A stretch of 64,000 nucleotides of DNA from Salinivirgaceae bacterium (GTDB taxonomy: Bacteria > Bacteroidota > Bacteroidia > Bacteroidales > SZUA-534), in the NCBI GenBank assembly GCA_027858735.1, contig JAQICC010000172.1:8201-72200 (forward strand). Reading direction: 5' to 3'. A program made the translations under genes and the position numbers. The notes beneath the pieces were generated by a model. The model did not search any database, was not told where the DNA came from, and worked only from the letters and a program-made list of their open reading frames with translations. Below are positions 29,558 to 38,674 of this stretch, one piece after another; position 1 is the first letter of the stretch, and every line of letters begins with the position of its first letter.

Positions 29558-29869
29558 ATGGATGAACAAACCGTTGAAAACCTGATGACAAATGTTGAAG
29601 ACATTATTGTTGGGAAGTTGGACGATACTCCACAACAATTAATGAATATAATGACTACTCAACGAATTCGACATATTCCAATCATCGAAAATGAGAATAT
29701 TGTAGGTATTGTATCCATTGGTGATTTAATTAAACTTGCTTTAGAAAACTCAGAGGTGGAAAGCCGAAAATTGCGCGAGTTTATTAAAAACCCGTTTATC
29801 AATTCCCTTCATTTACTTCCGACAAACACAGGGCCGCGGCGCCGTGAATGCCCGGATCATCAAATCTAG
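29558..29869 (+). CDS. Single-CBS-domain protein, possibly a truncated remnant
   Basis: ...IMTTQRIRHIPIIENENIVGIVSIGDLIK is one CBS motif. Usual CBS proteins carry a pair. The last 71 nt overlap the convergent ROK kinase gene. Confidence 0.45.
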   Translation: MDEQTVENLMTNVEDIIVGKLDDTPQQLMNIMTTQRIRHIPIIENENIVGIVSIGDLIKLALENSEVESRKLREFIKNPFINSLHLLPTNTGPRRRECPDHQI

Positions 29870-30656
29870 CTTCTTCCACTTTAAATTCTTTTCTCACAAG
29901 TTCCACAGGAAAGTCGCCAATAACCATTTGTATTCCATTTCTGAAAAAATCAAATGACTTGGCTATGCTGCCACCAATAACAACCTTTTGGGGAGCCAAG
30001 CTGTACATTATATTAAGTATAAGGTTGCCTAAATGATTTCCAAATTCTTCAAAAATTGCCAACGCTTCGCCTTCACCATTTTGAGCTCCAATAAATAACT
30101 CCTTGCCGGTTGTTTGATGTTTTGATGCAAAAAATTTACTACTGCAATAATCTTCATACGTCGCATCTAAATAAGGAATGCATCCAAATTCACCTGCTCC
30201 TCCATATAATCCTGAATGTAGTTTTCCGTTAACCACTACTCCACCTCCTAAACCGGTACCTAAAGTTAGCCCTACAATATCATTTGCCATTGCATCACTA
30301 TTAAAATAATAACACCCTAAGGCAAAGCAATTTGCATCGTTATTTACAAATACAGGCACCTTATAAATATCGTTTAGTTTTTTTATTAAATTAACACCTT
30401 GTAAAATGGGAATATTATTAATCAATTTAATCTCACCATCCGTATCAATATACCCAGGTACTCCAATGCCTATCGCTTGAACATCCTTATTGTAAACCTT
30501 ATTGATTACCTTACATAATCTCGATATTATTTCAGAAACTGAATTATTAGCGCCTGTATCAACGGTGCTTTTATTAACCAATTTATTATTGATTAAACAA
30601 CCTGCAGCAATTGAAGTTCCGCCAATATCAATTCCCATTACTATTGTATTTAACAT
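29799..30656 (-). CDS. ROK family sugar kinase (glucokinase / N-acetylglucosamine kinase type)
   Basis: GIDIGGTSIAAG ATP-binding N-terminus and GGAGEFG ROK signature. No DNA-binding N-terminal domain. Confidence 0.8.
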   Translation of the reverse strand: MLNTIVMGIDIGGTSIAAGCLINNKLVNKSTVDTGANNSVSEIISRLCKVINKVYNKDVQAIGIGVPGYIDTDGEIKLINNIPILQGVNLIKKLNDIYKVPVFVNNDANCFALGCYYFNSDAMANDIVGLTLGTGLGGGVVVNGKLHSGLYGGAGEFGCIPYLDATYEDYCSSKFFASKHQTTGKELFIGAQNGEGEALAIFEEFGNHLGNLILNIMYSLAPQKVVIGGSIAKSFDFFRNGIQMVIGDFPVELVRKEFKVEEARFDDPGIHGAAALCLSEVNEGN

Positions 30657-30666
30657 ATATTATTTA

Positions 30667-31887
30667 TTAAGACGTTCTAATTTTATGGCCTTGTAGAGCA
30701 TAATATAAAATATACAAAAAGCATGGAACGGTAATCCAATATGCATTTTGAGCACCAAAGCTATCTTTCATAAATCCGTAAATCAAAGGTATTAGAGCAC
30801 CACCTACGATGGCAATTACCATTAAAGATGAACCCGCTTTTGTAAACTTACCCAAATCGGTCATTGCCAATGGCCAAATTGCCGGCCACATAAGTGAGCA
30901 TCCTAAAGCCATAAACACAATAAAATAAATGGAAATTGTGGCCGGTGTAAACACAACCATTAGCGATCCTAAAATGGCTATGTATGAGAATATTTTTAGA
31001 GCCAATGCCTGAGTTATATACTTCGGAATTAGTATAATACCGCTAATATAACCTATTACCAATCCTATTGGTGCTATCCATGCATAGAGCTCAGGATTAG
31101 GTAAGTTGAGCGTTTCAGCATAATCAATAAGCGTTCCCAATGAAACGGTTTCAACCCCTACATAAATAAAAAGTGCCAAAACACCCAGCAATAGATGTGG
31201 AAATTGCCAAATTGAAGTTTTATTGGCGGCATACGGACAATCATCTGCACTATCTTCCTCTTCGCCTTTGGCTTTTACTTCCGGTAATGGAGCCAATAGC
31301 GCCAATACTCCTAAAAATATAAATACCACAATTATTATATAAAAAGGCAAATTTATATCCATTAGCTGAACATCATTTACACTTTTACCAATAACCAATG
31401 CTAAGAACAAAGGTGCAATAGGCCATGCCAATTTATTTGCAATACCCATAAAACTCATTCGCTTTGCAGCACTTTCAATGGGTCCTAAAATAGTGATATA
31501 AGGGTTTACCGATGCTTGTAGGAAGGTATTTCCCATGCCACTTATAAATGAGGCTACCAGAAACAGTATGAGGCTTTCATTTTTTGCTGATGGAATAAAC
31601 AGATAAAACCCAATAGCAAACATTAAAAACGATAAAGCCATGGTTTTTTTATACCCTATTTTACCAATAACTAACGATGCCGGATAACCAAATACCAAAA
31701 AGGCAGAAAATGTCGCTGCCAAAACCATATACGACTCCCCTGACGATATATTTAATGACTGCTTTAATAAGGGAATTAAATAACTGTTAATTCCCAATGC
31801 AAAACCAATTGCAAAAAACATTACACCCACAATCATTAAGGGATACACGTAACGTTTGTTGCTCTTTGAAATTATTGTACTATCCAT
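30667..31887 (-). CDS. MFS sugar transporter (FucP/GluP-like; NagP-like by context)
   Basis: 406 aa, 12 predicted helices, in an operon with amino-sugar catabolic genes. Confidence 0.75.
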   Translation of the reverse strand: MDSTIISKSNKRYVYPLMIVGVMFFAIGFALGINSYLIPLLKQSLNISSGESYMVLAATFSAFLVFGYPASLVIGKIGYKKTMALSFLMFAIGFYLFIPSAKNESLILFLVASFISGMGNTFLQASVNPYITILGPIESAAKRMSFMGIANKLAWPIAPLFLALVIGKSVNDVQLMDINLPFYIIIVVFIFLGVLALLAPLPEVKAKGEEEDSADDCPYAANKTSIWQFPHLLLGVLALFIYVGVETVSLGTLIDYAETLNLPNPELYAWIAPIGLVIGYISGIILIPKYITQALALKIFSYIAILGSLMVVFTPATISIYFIVFMALGCSLMWPAIWPLAMTDLGKFTKAGSSLMVIAIVGGALIPLIYGFMKDSFGAQNAYWITVPCFLYILYYALQGHKIRTS

Positions 31888-31930
31888 ATCAATTAAATTT
31901 TTAACTTATTACTTTCAATTTAAAAATACC

Positions 31931-34252
31931 CTAAAAACCTTCCATACTCTTTTCAAGCGTTCTGGCCTGTCCTAAAAATTCTTTCAATTTCATTTCTTTA
32001 TGAAAAATCATTCCATGGGTAGCTCTTATTTTCGGGCTTACATGTTCATAAAAGAAATCTTTCCCTAAAATTAATTGTACTTTCTTGAATTGTTCTACCC
32101 ATACTTTTTGCGACAAATCATTAAATGGCCCATCGTAATCGGGACTTGGAAATGAGGCTTTAACCTGACTGATATAGCAATCTTTAAAAGAACGATCTAA
32201 TACAGCCATGGAATTTAATGAAACGGGAGTGTAAACATTAGCATCGTATGGTTGGAATTTAAACCAAACATTGCGATAACCAATAATGCGTAAATGAGAC
32301 AAATCTGCTTCTTTATTCCATTGACGAAGGGCTTCAGCAATAGCCTGCAAAACCTTATAGTGTGTGTCGGGCTCTGAACCTTCTGGGTCTAACGCCAGGC
32401 TGACTACTGTAGGCTTTATGCGACGCAGCAGGTTCAATACAGGTTCAACATCGCGTTGGCGTTCTGGTTCTTGCGTAAAAATATCGCCTGTATAAAACCC
32501 CAGACGCAAATGTTCAATATTTTTAACTTGCACCCCATAATGCGCCCAAACCAATTCTTCTTCAAACTCACGTAGCATTCCTTTTAAAGTTTGAATTTCA
32601 GGTGAGTTTTTCTCGCCATCATAACTTTGTTCAATTAATAGAATATTTTCATCCAAAATAGTCTTTAATTCATCGATTGATTTAAGTTTATAAATATCGA
32701 CTAAAGCACGTGTAATGCGATGACACACACCCCTTAGCTTGCCATACTCATCCTTGTCTGCAATTTTATCAAGATAATGTGCTACATCTTTGTCCCATTT
32801 AAATTGGTATCCCTTAACGAAAAAATCGGAATGATGTACCATTTGAATTTGTTCTTTACTTAACAGGCTTTTAACCGAATCAAGCAAAAATTTCATCATA
32901 TGATTGGTAACAGCTGTAAAACCACTTGTTAACACAGAAAAGTGGAAATTATTTGATGCTTCGCGCAACTGGGTAGTAATATTTGGAAAAATACCCAATT
33001 GTATATCATCGTGATGTGGTCCGGTGTGAAGATACGTTTGTTCTTTTTCTTTACGCAGTCCTAATTCAATTTTTTGCTTGGTAGACCTTACCACTTCATT
33101 TACCCGTTCAAGATTCAGGTTAGGAATTAATGAACAATAAGGGTCGTTTTGCAAATCGCTTAATTCAAGCTTATGTGCATATTTGTCAATTCGCTGACAA
33201 AGCTCAAATATAGCCTTTGTAGTTTTTTCAAAGTTCCACTCTCCCTCACGATAGTAAGAATCAATACTATCGGTAAGTTCGATTGCAGCGCCCTCGGTTA
33301 TATAAAAACGTGCGTTTTTTTGGCGTTTAAGCACTGTTGCAGGATAGAGATTATTAGGCTCACTTTCCAGTGCATTTTTTATTATTGGAGCTTTTGCCTC
33401 GCCTGCAGCAAAAATAATGGAAACACCTTCTGTATTAAATGTTATCGTATCCAAACCAATAGTAATTACCAATCGGTTTCTCGATACTTCAATTCCACCT
33501 AAATCGCCAGCCGAAGCTGCTTGGGTTTCAAAGTTTGTAGCCGTTAAGCGTGTAGTTGAATTATGATCGCTGCCCCGCGTATTAAATGCAATATGACCGT
33601 CAGGCCCAATACCCCCCAAAAAGAAACCAATACCCCCTTTTTCTCTAATTTTTTCTTCATAACGTGTGCACCAATTGTCAATATTAAAAATCGATTCTTG
33701 CTGAATTTTTTCATGAGGTGTTTGTGCATCGCGGTTTCTTAGTGTTAAATCAATATTATTATCAGGAAAAACTACGGAAAAATGCAATGCGTTAGCCAAT
33801 TCAATTTCCTCGCAATTAATAAGCAAAGCATTGGCTGGATTTAAACCAAAACCTTCTATATAAAACTTATTTATATAGTTGAAAAAGCTGTTATGCTGTG
33901 CAGGATTAATCGGATAAAATTCATCTATTTGAACAAAATGCAAATTTTGCAGTTCTGGTTTTTTATCCAATAACAACCCATTGTCGTTCATTAATTTCTG
34001 AGTTTCAACAGTATCCCAAGTGTTTAAAATATGTTGTGTCCATTTAATAAAATGCTCAGGTGTTTTGCCTGTTGGAAGGCTAATTACGCCATTAGGATTT
34101 TCAGATACCCATTCTAAAAACCTAAGTGCTGTTAATAAACCTAAATTTGGAAAATTTGGCACAACAACATAAGGTATTTTTGTTGTATGTCGCTTACGAC
34201 CCGATTGGTTAAAAAATTTCTGCTCAACACTCGTCATTCGTGAAAATTCCAT
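31931..34252 (-). CDS. Glucosamine-6-phosphate deaminase/isomerase domain fused to an LmbE/PIG-L-like deacetylase domain
   Basis: N-terminal NagB motifs ISLPTGKTPE and LGGIGPDGHIAFN. The C-terminal half carries GPHHDDIQLG, the LmbE/PIG-L metal-site motif. 773 aa. Confidence 0.75.
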   Translation of the reverse strand: MEFSRMTSVEQKFFNQSGRKRHTTKIPYVVVPNFPNLGLLTALRFLEWVSENPNGVISLPTGKTPEHFIKWTQHILNTWDTVETQKLMNDNGLLLDKKPELQNLHFVQIDEFYPINPAQHNSFFNYINKFYIEGFGLNPANALLINCEEIELANALHFSVVFPDNNIDLTLRNRDAQTPHEKIQQESIFNIDNWCTRYEEKIREKGGIGFFLGGIGPDGHIAFNTRGSDHNSTTRLTATNFETQAASAGDLGGIEVSRNRLVITIGLDTITFNTEGVSIIFAAGEAKAPIIKNALESEPNNLYPATVLKRQKNARFYITEGAAIELTDSIDSYYREGEWNFEKTTKAIFELCQRIDKYAHKLELSDLQNDPYCSLIPNLNLERVNEVVRSTKQKIELGLRKEKEQTYLHTGPHHDDIQLGIFPNITTQLREASNNFHFSVLTSGFTAVTNHMMKFLLDSVKSLLSKEQIQMVHHSDFFVKGYQFKWDKDVAHYLDKIADKDEYGKLRGVCHRITRALVDIYKLKSIDELKTILDENILLIEQSYDGEKNSPEIQTLKGMLREFEEELVWAHYGVQVKNIEHLRLGFYTGDIFTQEPERQRDVEPVLNLLRRIKPTVVSLALDPEGSEPDTHYKVLQAIAEALRQWNKEADLSHLRIIGYRNVWFKFQPYDANVYTPVSLNSMAVLDRSFKDCYISQVKASFPSPDYDGPFNDLSQKVWVEQFKKVQLILGKDFFYEHVSPKIRATHGMIFHKEMKLKEFLGQARTLEKSMEGF

Positions 34253-34324
34253 CTTCTTTTATTTAAGTTATTATTTTGGTATCAGAGCCATAAACCTCCT
34301 ACTAGCTTTGGTGGTAAAAAAGCT

Positions 34325-35548
34325 TTAATTGTTTTCCAGAATATTCTCAAGCAATACCGTTGCCGATCCAATTATTCCAATTTCATCGCTAAGTGGTGAA
34401 ATCACTATTCTGGTGTCTTCGCGTAATTTCGGTAAGCAATATTTATAAAGGGTATGTTCAATAGGTGTTGTTATGTAGTCTTTAGCCTTAGCCAACACTC
34501 CGCCTAATACAACAATTTCAGGATTAAGTATTTGTATTAGATTTGCAACGCCTTGACCTAAGGCCTCGCCTACATTATTAATTAGGGTAACAGAAAGCTG
34601 ATCGCCTAGATGAGCCGCACTAATAATATCGGTTGGCATTAATGGCTCTTTTCTATGTTTATATATTGAACTCAATTTAGAATTTGTATTATGCTCTAAA
34701 GCTTCGCATGCTAAGCGAACCAGAGCCTGTCCAGATGCCATTGTTTCGATACATCCAATTTTACCACAATTACAAAGTACCCCTTTATTATTAATAGGTA
34801 TGTGGCCAAATTCTCCTGCAAAACCTGAGTTCCCCTTATATAATTTACCGTTAAGTATCATGCCTAGGCCAAGTCCCCAGTCAATTTGTAAAACTAGAGC
34901 ATTGTCATAACCCTTTGCTGCACCATAGCGCATTTCGGCTAAAGTTCGTGCTTTTGTATCGTTCTCAATAAATACAGGACACTTGAATTTCTTAGTAATA
35001 GCGTCTACTAATGGAGCATCTTGTTCGTATAAATAGGTATAGTTTATCCCATTTTTTGAGTCAATTAGTCCCGGCATATTAATGCCGACACCCATAATTT
35101 TATCTTTATCAATTTTCGACTTTGTAAGTAATTTCTGGGTGTGCTTATAAATTTCATCAATTAATGTACCCCTTTCGTTAAAAGAAATAGCTGACAGCTG
35201 CACATCATTAACCTTTTGCATAGCAGCATTAAAAAGTGCAATTCTTAAAAACTTGAGTCCCATATCGATACCGATAATATAAACTGAGTTTTTCTTTAAA
35301 CCATAAGTATTTGGCTTTCTACCACCTATCGATTCACCTTTTCCCTTGTTTTCTATAAAACCTTCATCAATTAATTCTTGAATATAGGCATTTGATTTGG
35401 GAGCACTAATTTTTAAAATATTTGAGAAATCGGCACTTGATAACATACCCTGACGATAAAGATACTTAATCATTCTTTTTTTGTTTAAGAATGTTTTAAG
35501 TTCTAATCCCGATAATGAACTCATATATTCTGTATCCCAATAATTCAT
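34325..35548 (-). CDS. ROK family transcriptional regulator (NagC/Mlc-like)
   Basis: N-terminal winged HTH (ISAPKSNAYIQELIDEGFI) plus a ROK domain with GFAGEFGH and the zinc motif CNCGKIGCIE. Confidence 0.85.
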   Translation of the reverse strand: MNYWDTEYMSSLSGLELKTFLNKKRMIKYLYRQGMLSSADFSNILKISAPKSNAYIQELIDEGFIENKGKGESIGGRKPNTYGLKKNSVYIIGIDMGLKFLRIALFNAAMQKVNDVQLSAISFNERGTLIDEIYKHTQKLLTKSKIDKDKIMGVGINMPGLIDSKNGINYTYLYEQDAPLVDAITKKFKCPVFIENDTKARTLAEMRYGAAKGYDNALVLQIDWGLGLGMILNGKLYKGNSGFAGEFGHIPINNKGVLCNCGKIGCIETMASGQALVRLACEALEHNTNSKLSSIYKHRKEPLMPTDIISAAHLGDQLSVTLINNVGEALGQGVANLIQILNPEIVVLGGVLAKAKDYITTPIEHTLYKYCLPKLREDTRIVISPLSDEIGIIGSATVLLENILENN

Positions 35549-35579
35549 ATTTAAATATACTTAGCTTAAAATGAAGCTA

Positions 35580-35587
35580 CAAACATA
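35580..35587 (-). promoter_or_regulatory. -7 promoter box (TATGTTTG on minus strand) for the amino-sugar operon
   Basis: caaacata is the reverse complement of a TAnnTTTG match, 32 nt upstream of ATG 35548. Confidence 0.35.
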
Positions 35588-36108
35588 TTAAATATTTTTC
35601 AGTGTTAAACAATACTTTTTAATATATTTTATAAAGTAGTATTTCTTTTTTACTTATTTTACTATAAATCTAAGTTTGATACATCTTTTGTGCAACCCCC
35701 ATTAGATTCAAAGAAATATAATAACGAGCAAGAGCCTTATGAAATAATGGATAGTCATTTGGGCGATATTAATGTGTTTCGTATTGATTTTAAAGGCAAG
35801 AATGATATCTACAAACCTGAATTTTGGAGTATATTACCACTCAACGATTTGTTTCATGCTATTCCGATATTTCGATGTAATTTAATTCTTAATAATTACT
35901 TAAACCAATAACTATGAAGACATTGTTTTATTGATGCTTGCTTTGTTTTGTTTTGAAGCAACACGATGGCCATTGCCCAAAATGAACATGTAACGGGTTT
36001 TAAATCGGTATTCTCAATGATAGTCTGTATTGCGGCGCTTTTTTTACTAACATACAGCAACGAATATAAACATTTAAATAACTAACATTAAATTAGATAC
36101 ACTTGTAT

Positions 36109-36246
36109 ATGAAGAAACGTACAATGTTTAAATCAGAACTTGGGATTACTAACTATGCCATTATTCGTTCTGTATTTGATACTTGTACAAAGCGAAATAT
36201 TCCCGTTTTACAGGCTTGTAAAATTATAAATCAATATCCTGAGTAG
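36109..36246 (+). pseudogene. C-terminal fragment of an IS66-family transposase
   Basis: FKSELGITNYAIIRSVFDTCTKRNIPVLQACKIINQ aligns with FRSERGAEIFAVIRSVIDTMIKRDADVFEYLKFMIN of the intact IS66 transposase at 21151..22554. Confidence 0.7.
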
Positions 36247-36252
36247 TGACCT

Positions 36253-36643
36253 TTTTTAGTAATATCAGCGGTCATAAGTGGAGCTGATGGGTGGACTTCT
36301 ATAGAATTATTTGAGAAAGCTAAATTAGTATGGCTTCAACAATTTTTACCATATAAAATGGAATACCATCACATGATGTTTTAGGTAAGTTATTTGCTCG
36401 TTAAACGCTAAAGAGTTTACAGATTGATTTACAAACTGGGTCAATTCAATAGCTGATTTAACAAAAAGTGAAGTTATTGCTATTGATGGTAAAACCATAC
36501 GTAATTCAAATGACGATACAAGTTCTAAATCTGCAATTCATTTAGTATCTGCCTATGCTAGCGAGAATAGAATTTGTTTAGGACAAGAAGCTGTGCACGA
36601 AAAAAGCAATGAGATTACAGCTATACCCAAATTAGCAATTTAA
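36253..36643 (+). pseudogene. ISAs1-family (H-repeat) transposase remnant with a frameshift and an in-frame stop
   Basis: Reads ...LVISAVISGADGWTSIELFEKAKLVWLQQFLPYK / NGIPSHDVLGKLFARLNAKEFTD*FTNWVNSIADLTKSEVIAIDGKTIRNSNDDTSSKSAIHLVSAYASENRICLGQEAVHEKSNEITAIPKL. This is the conserved ISAs1 core. It is truncated at both ends. Confidence 0.75.
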
Positions 36644-36801
36644 CACGCTATAAAACTGTTCAGCTAGCATATCATTCTTTGTCGTGGCAGTTTAAAACTA
36701 AAGAATAAAGATTGGAAATCGGAAGAACAGTTTGCGCAGCTATAGTTTCGGAGACCAAAGCCAGAGCATTGAATTTTCTGTATTGCTTTAAAACCTTCCT
36801 T

Positions 36802-37284
36802 TTATACCTGCTTACTTAAATAGTTTAATAATGTTGGCTGATGTAGAATGGGTGAATACGACTGATAATCAATACCTACGCTAAATATATATTTAGTCAG
36901 CAATATTTTTACAGAATCAACCAAGTTTTCAGCATCCCAAGGTTTTTCAATGTAATTTTCAATTCCGGCTGTATTTATAGCTCGAATAGTATCTTGATGA
37001 GTAGCTTGCCCGGTAAGTAACATTTTTTTAGTTTGAGGGAAGCGCACATCGGTATCAACTTCGGCTAAAAACTCAACGCCGTTTTTGCCCGGCATAATAT
37101 GGTCCGATATAATAACTGCTACATGGTCACCTTCCCCTTCAATATCATCGAGCAACGCTAGGGCTTCATGAGCCGATTCGCATTCCTCTAACGCAACATA
37201 TTTCTCAAATACTTGCAGGTCTTTTGAAATGGTAGATAATACTTCTCTTTGATCATCTACGTATATTATTGTTAGTTTATCCAT
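36802..37284 (-). CDS. Response regulator (receiver domain only, short C-terminal extension)
   Basis: IIYVDDQ, phospho-acceptor context VIISDHIMPGKNG, KPW motif (IEKPWD). Confidence 0.8.
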   Translation of the reverse strand: MDKLTIIYVDDQREVLSTISKDLQVFEKYVALEECESAHEALALLDDIEGEGDHVAVIISDHIMPGKNGVEFLAEVDTDVRFPQTKKMLLTGQATHQDTIRAINTAGIENYIEKPWDAENLVDSVKILLTKYIFSVGIDYQSYSPILHQPTLLNYLSKQV

Positions 37285-37310
37285 GTTGCTATTTTTTTGA
37301 TGTTTATTAC

Positions 37311-38666
37311 TTATACCGGTATTTGTATGGTAAATTTAGTATTTCCTTTTTTACTGTCAACTTTAATTTTGCCATTATAACTATCTATCAATCGCTGTAC
37401 AATTGAAAGTCCAAGTCCTAATCCGAATGACAATCCCCCTTTTTTTGTAGTGAAGTTTGGCTGGAAAATTTTCATTTTCAATTCATCCGATATTCCCGGG
37501 CCATTATCGCTTATTTCAATGGTAATTCTTTTAGCACTACTTTTTGTTTTAACCTCAAGTGTTGGGTTTTCTGTATTGCTATTTAGCATACTTTCACAGC
37601 CATTTTTTATAATATTTACCCAAATTTGAATGAGTTCACCATTATTGGCTAAAATTTCAGGCAGTTCTCCAAGCTGAACATCTACTTTAACTTCACGTAT
37701 TGCATTCTTTAGCAGCGTTAAAGCTTCATTTATAGTATTGTTAATATTCAACTTGTACCGTTCTTGGTCAGATGCACTTAACTGCTTAATTGATTTTAGT
37801 ACATGTACTGCATGAGTCGATGCAATTATCATATCGTGTAACCCCACTCCCAATTCCCAAACTTGCTGTTTTTTTACTGAAATTTCATCTAAATTACTAA
37901 GCTTGCTGAATTCTTTAATTTTATCATCGCTATACCCAAGCTTTGAAAAACGTTTTGCTACTGAGCCGGAAAGTTTAAATTTTTTTTCAATGTTTTTTTT
38001 CCCTTCACGAATGCTTTGGCTCGAGGCTGTTTGCCCACCATTAAATCCGTTTTCAAAATCGATAAACACCTCGTTGCTTTCGGTAATTTTCAAATACTTT
38101 TGCACCTCTCTTGCAATCCATTCAGAATTGCCATTTAGTACACCAATGGCATTGTTTAATTCATGAGCCAACCCAGCAGCCATTTGGCCAAGAGTAGAGA
38201 GCTTTTCGCTATGATATAACTTTTTCAAGGCCTCCTCCTTTTCAATCATTATGTCCTTTGAAAAGCGCTGCCTTACCGATAGTTCATTAACAATAAGGGG
38301 TAAAAAATCATTACGATAACTGCTATCAGGAACCGACTGCAAATCGGCATACTCAATATATGCAATCTTACAATCTTCAAGAGCTACCACATTGGCATAC
38401 ACTAAATGAGCATCAGAGAAAAAACTATGCACCCCAACAAACATATCTTTTGCCGAACGAAACACCTCATTCTGAATACCCGATTCGCTTAACAAATATC
38501 CTGCTACAGCTCCTTCAAGCACAATAAATAAGCGGTTATTTACCTCATTTTGACGAATAAGATATTCATCCTTTTTAAGGGAGAATTGTTTTTCGTTATC
38601 GCTAAAATATTTTGACTTTATATTTTTAAGCGTTTCTGATTTAAGATCTTGAATAGGGTTTTTCAA
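37311..38666 (-). CDS. Cytoplasmic histidine kinase with N-terminal cyclic-nucleotide-binding-like domain
   Basis: N-terminal FSLKKDEYLIRQNEVNNRLFIVLEGAVAGY (cNMP/CRP-like beta-roll). H-box LGQMAAGLAHELNNAIG. N/G boxes NIIKNGCESM, DNGPGI, GLGLGLSI. No TM segments. Confidence 0.75.
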   Translation of the reverse strand: MKNPIQDLKSETLKNIKSKYFSDNEKQFSLKKDEYLIRQNEVNNRLFIVLEGAVAGYLLSESGIQNEVFRSAKDMFVGVHSFFSDAHLVYANVVALEDCKIAYIEYADLQSVPDSSYRNDFLPLIVNELSVRQRFSKDIMIEKEEALKKLYHSEKLSTLGQMAAGLAHELNNAIGVLNGNSEWIAREVQKYLKITESNEVFIDFENGFNGGQTASSQSIREGKKNIEKKFKLSGSVAKRFSKLGYSDDKIKEFSKLSNLDEISVKKQQVWELGVGLHDMIIASTHAVHVLKSIKQLSASDQERYKLNINNTINEALTLLKNAIREVKVDVQLGELPEILANNGELIQIWVNIIKNGCESMLNSNTENPTLEVKTKSSAKRITIEISDNGPGISDELKMKIFQPNFTTKKGGLSFGLGLGLSIVQRLIDSYNGKIKVDSKKGNTKFTIQIPV

Positions 38667-38674
38667 AACTGCAT

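Noticed and set aside
35690-35911. 73-aa ORF downstream of the nag operon promoter region
   Set aside because: It has a non-ATG start and no recognisable motif, and it sits at the edge of the IS-remnant region. Evidence is insufficient to call a gene.
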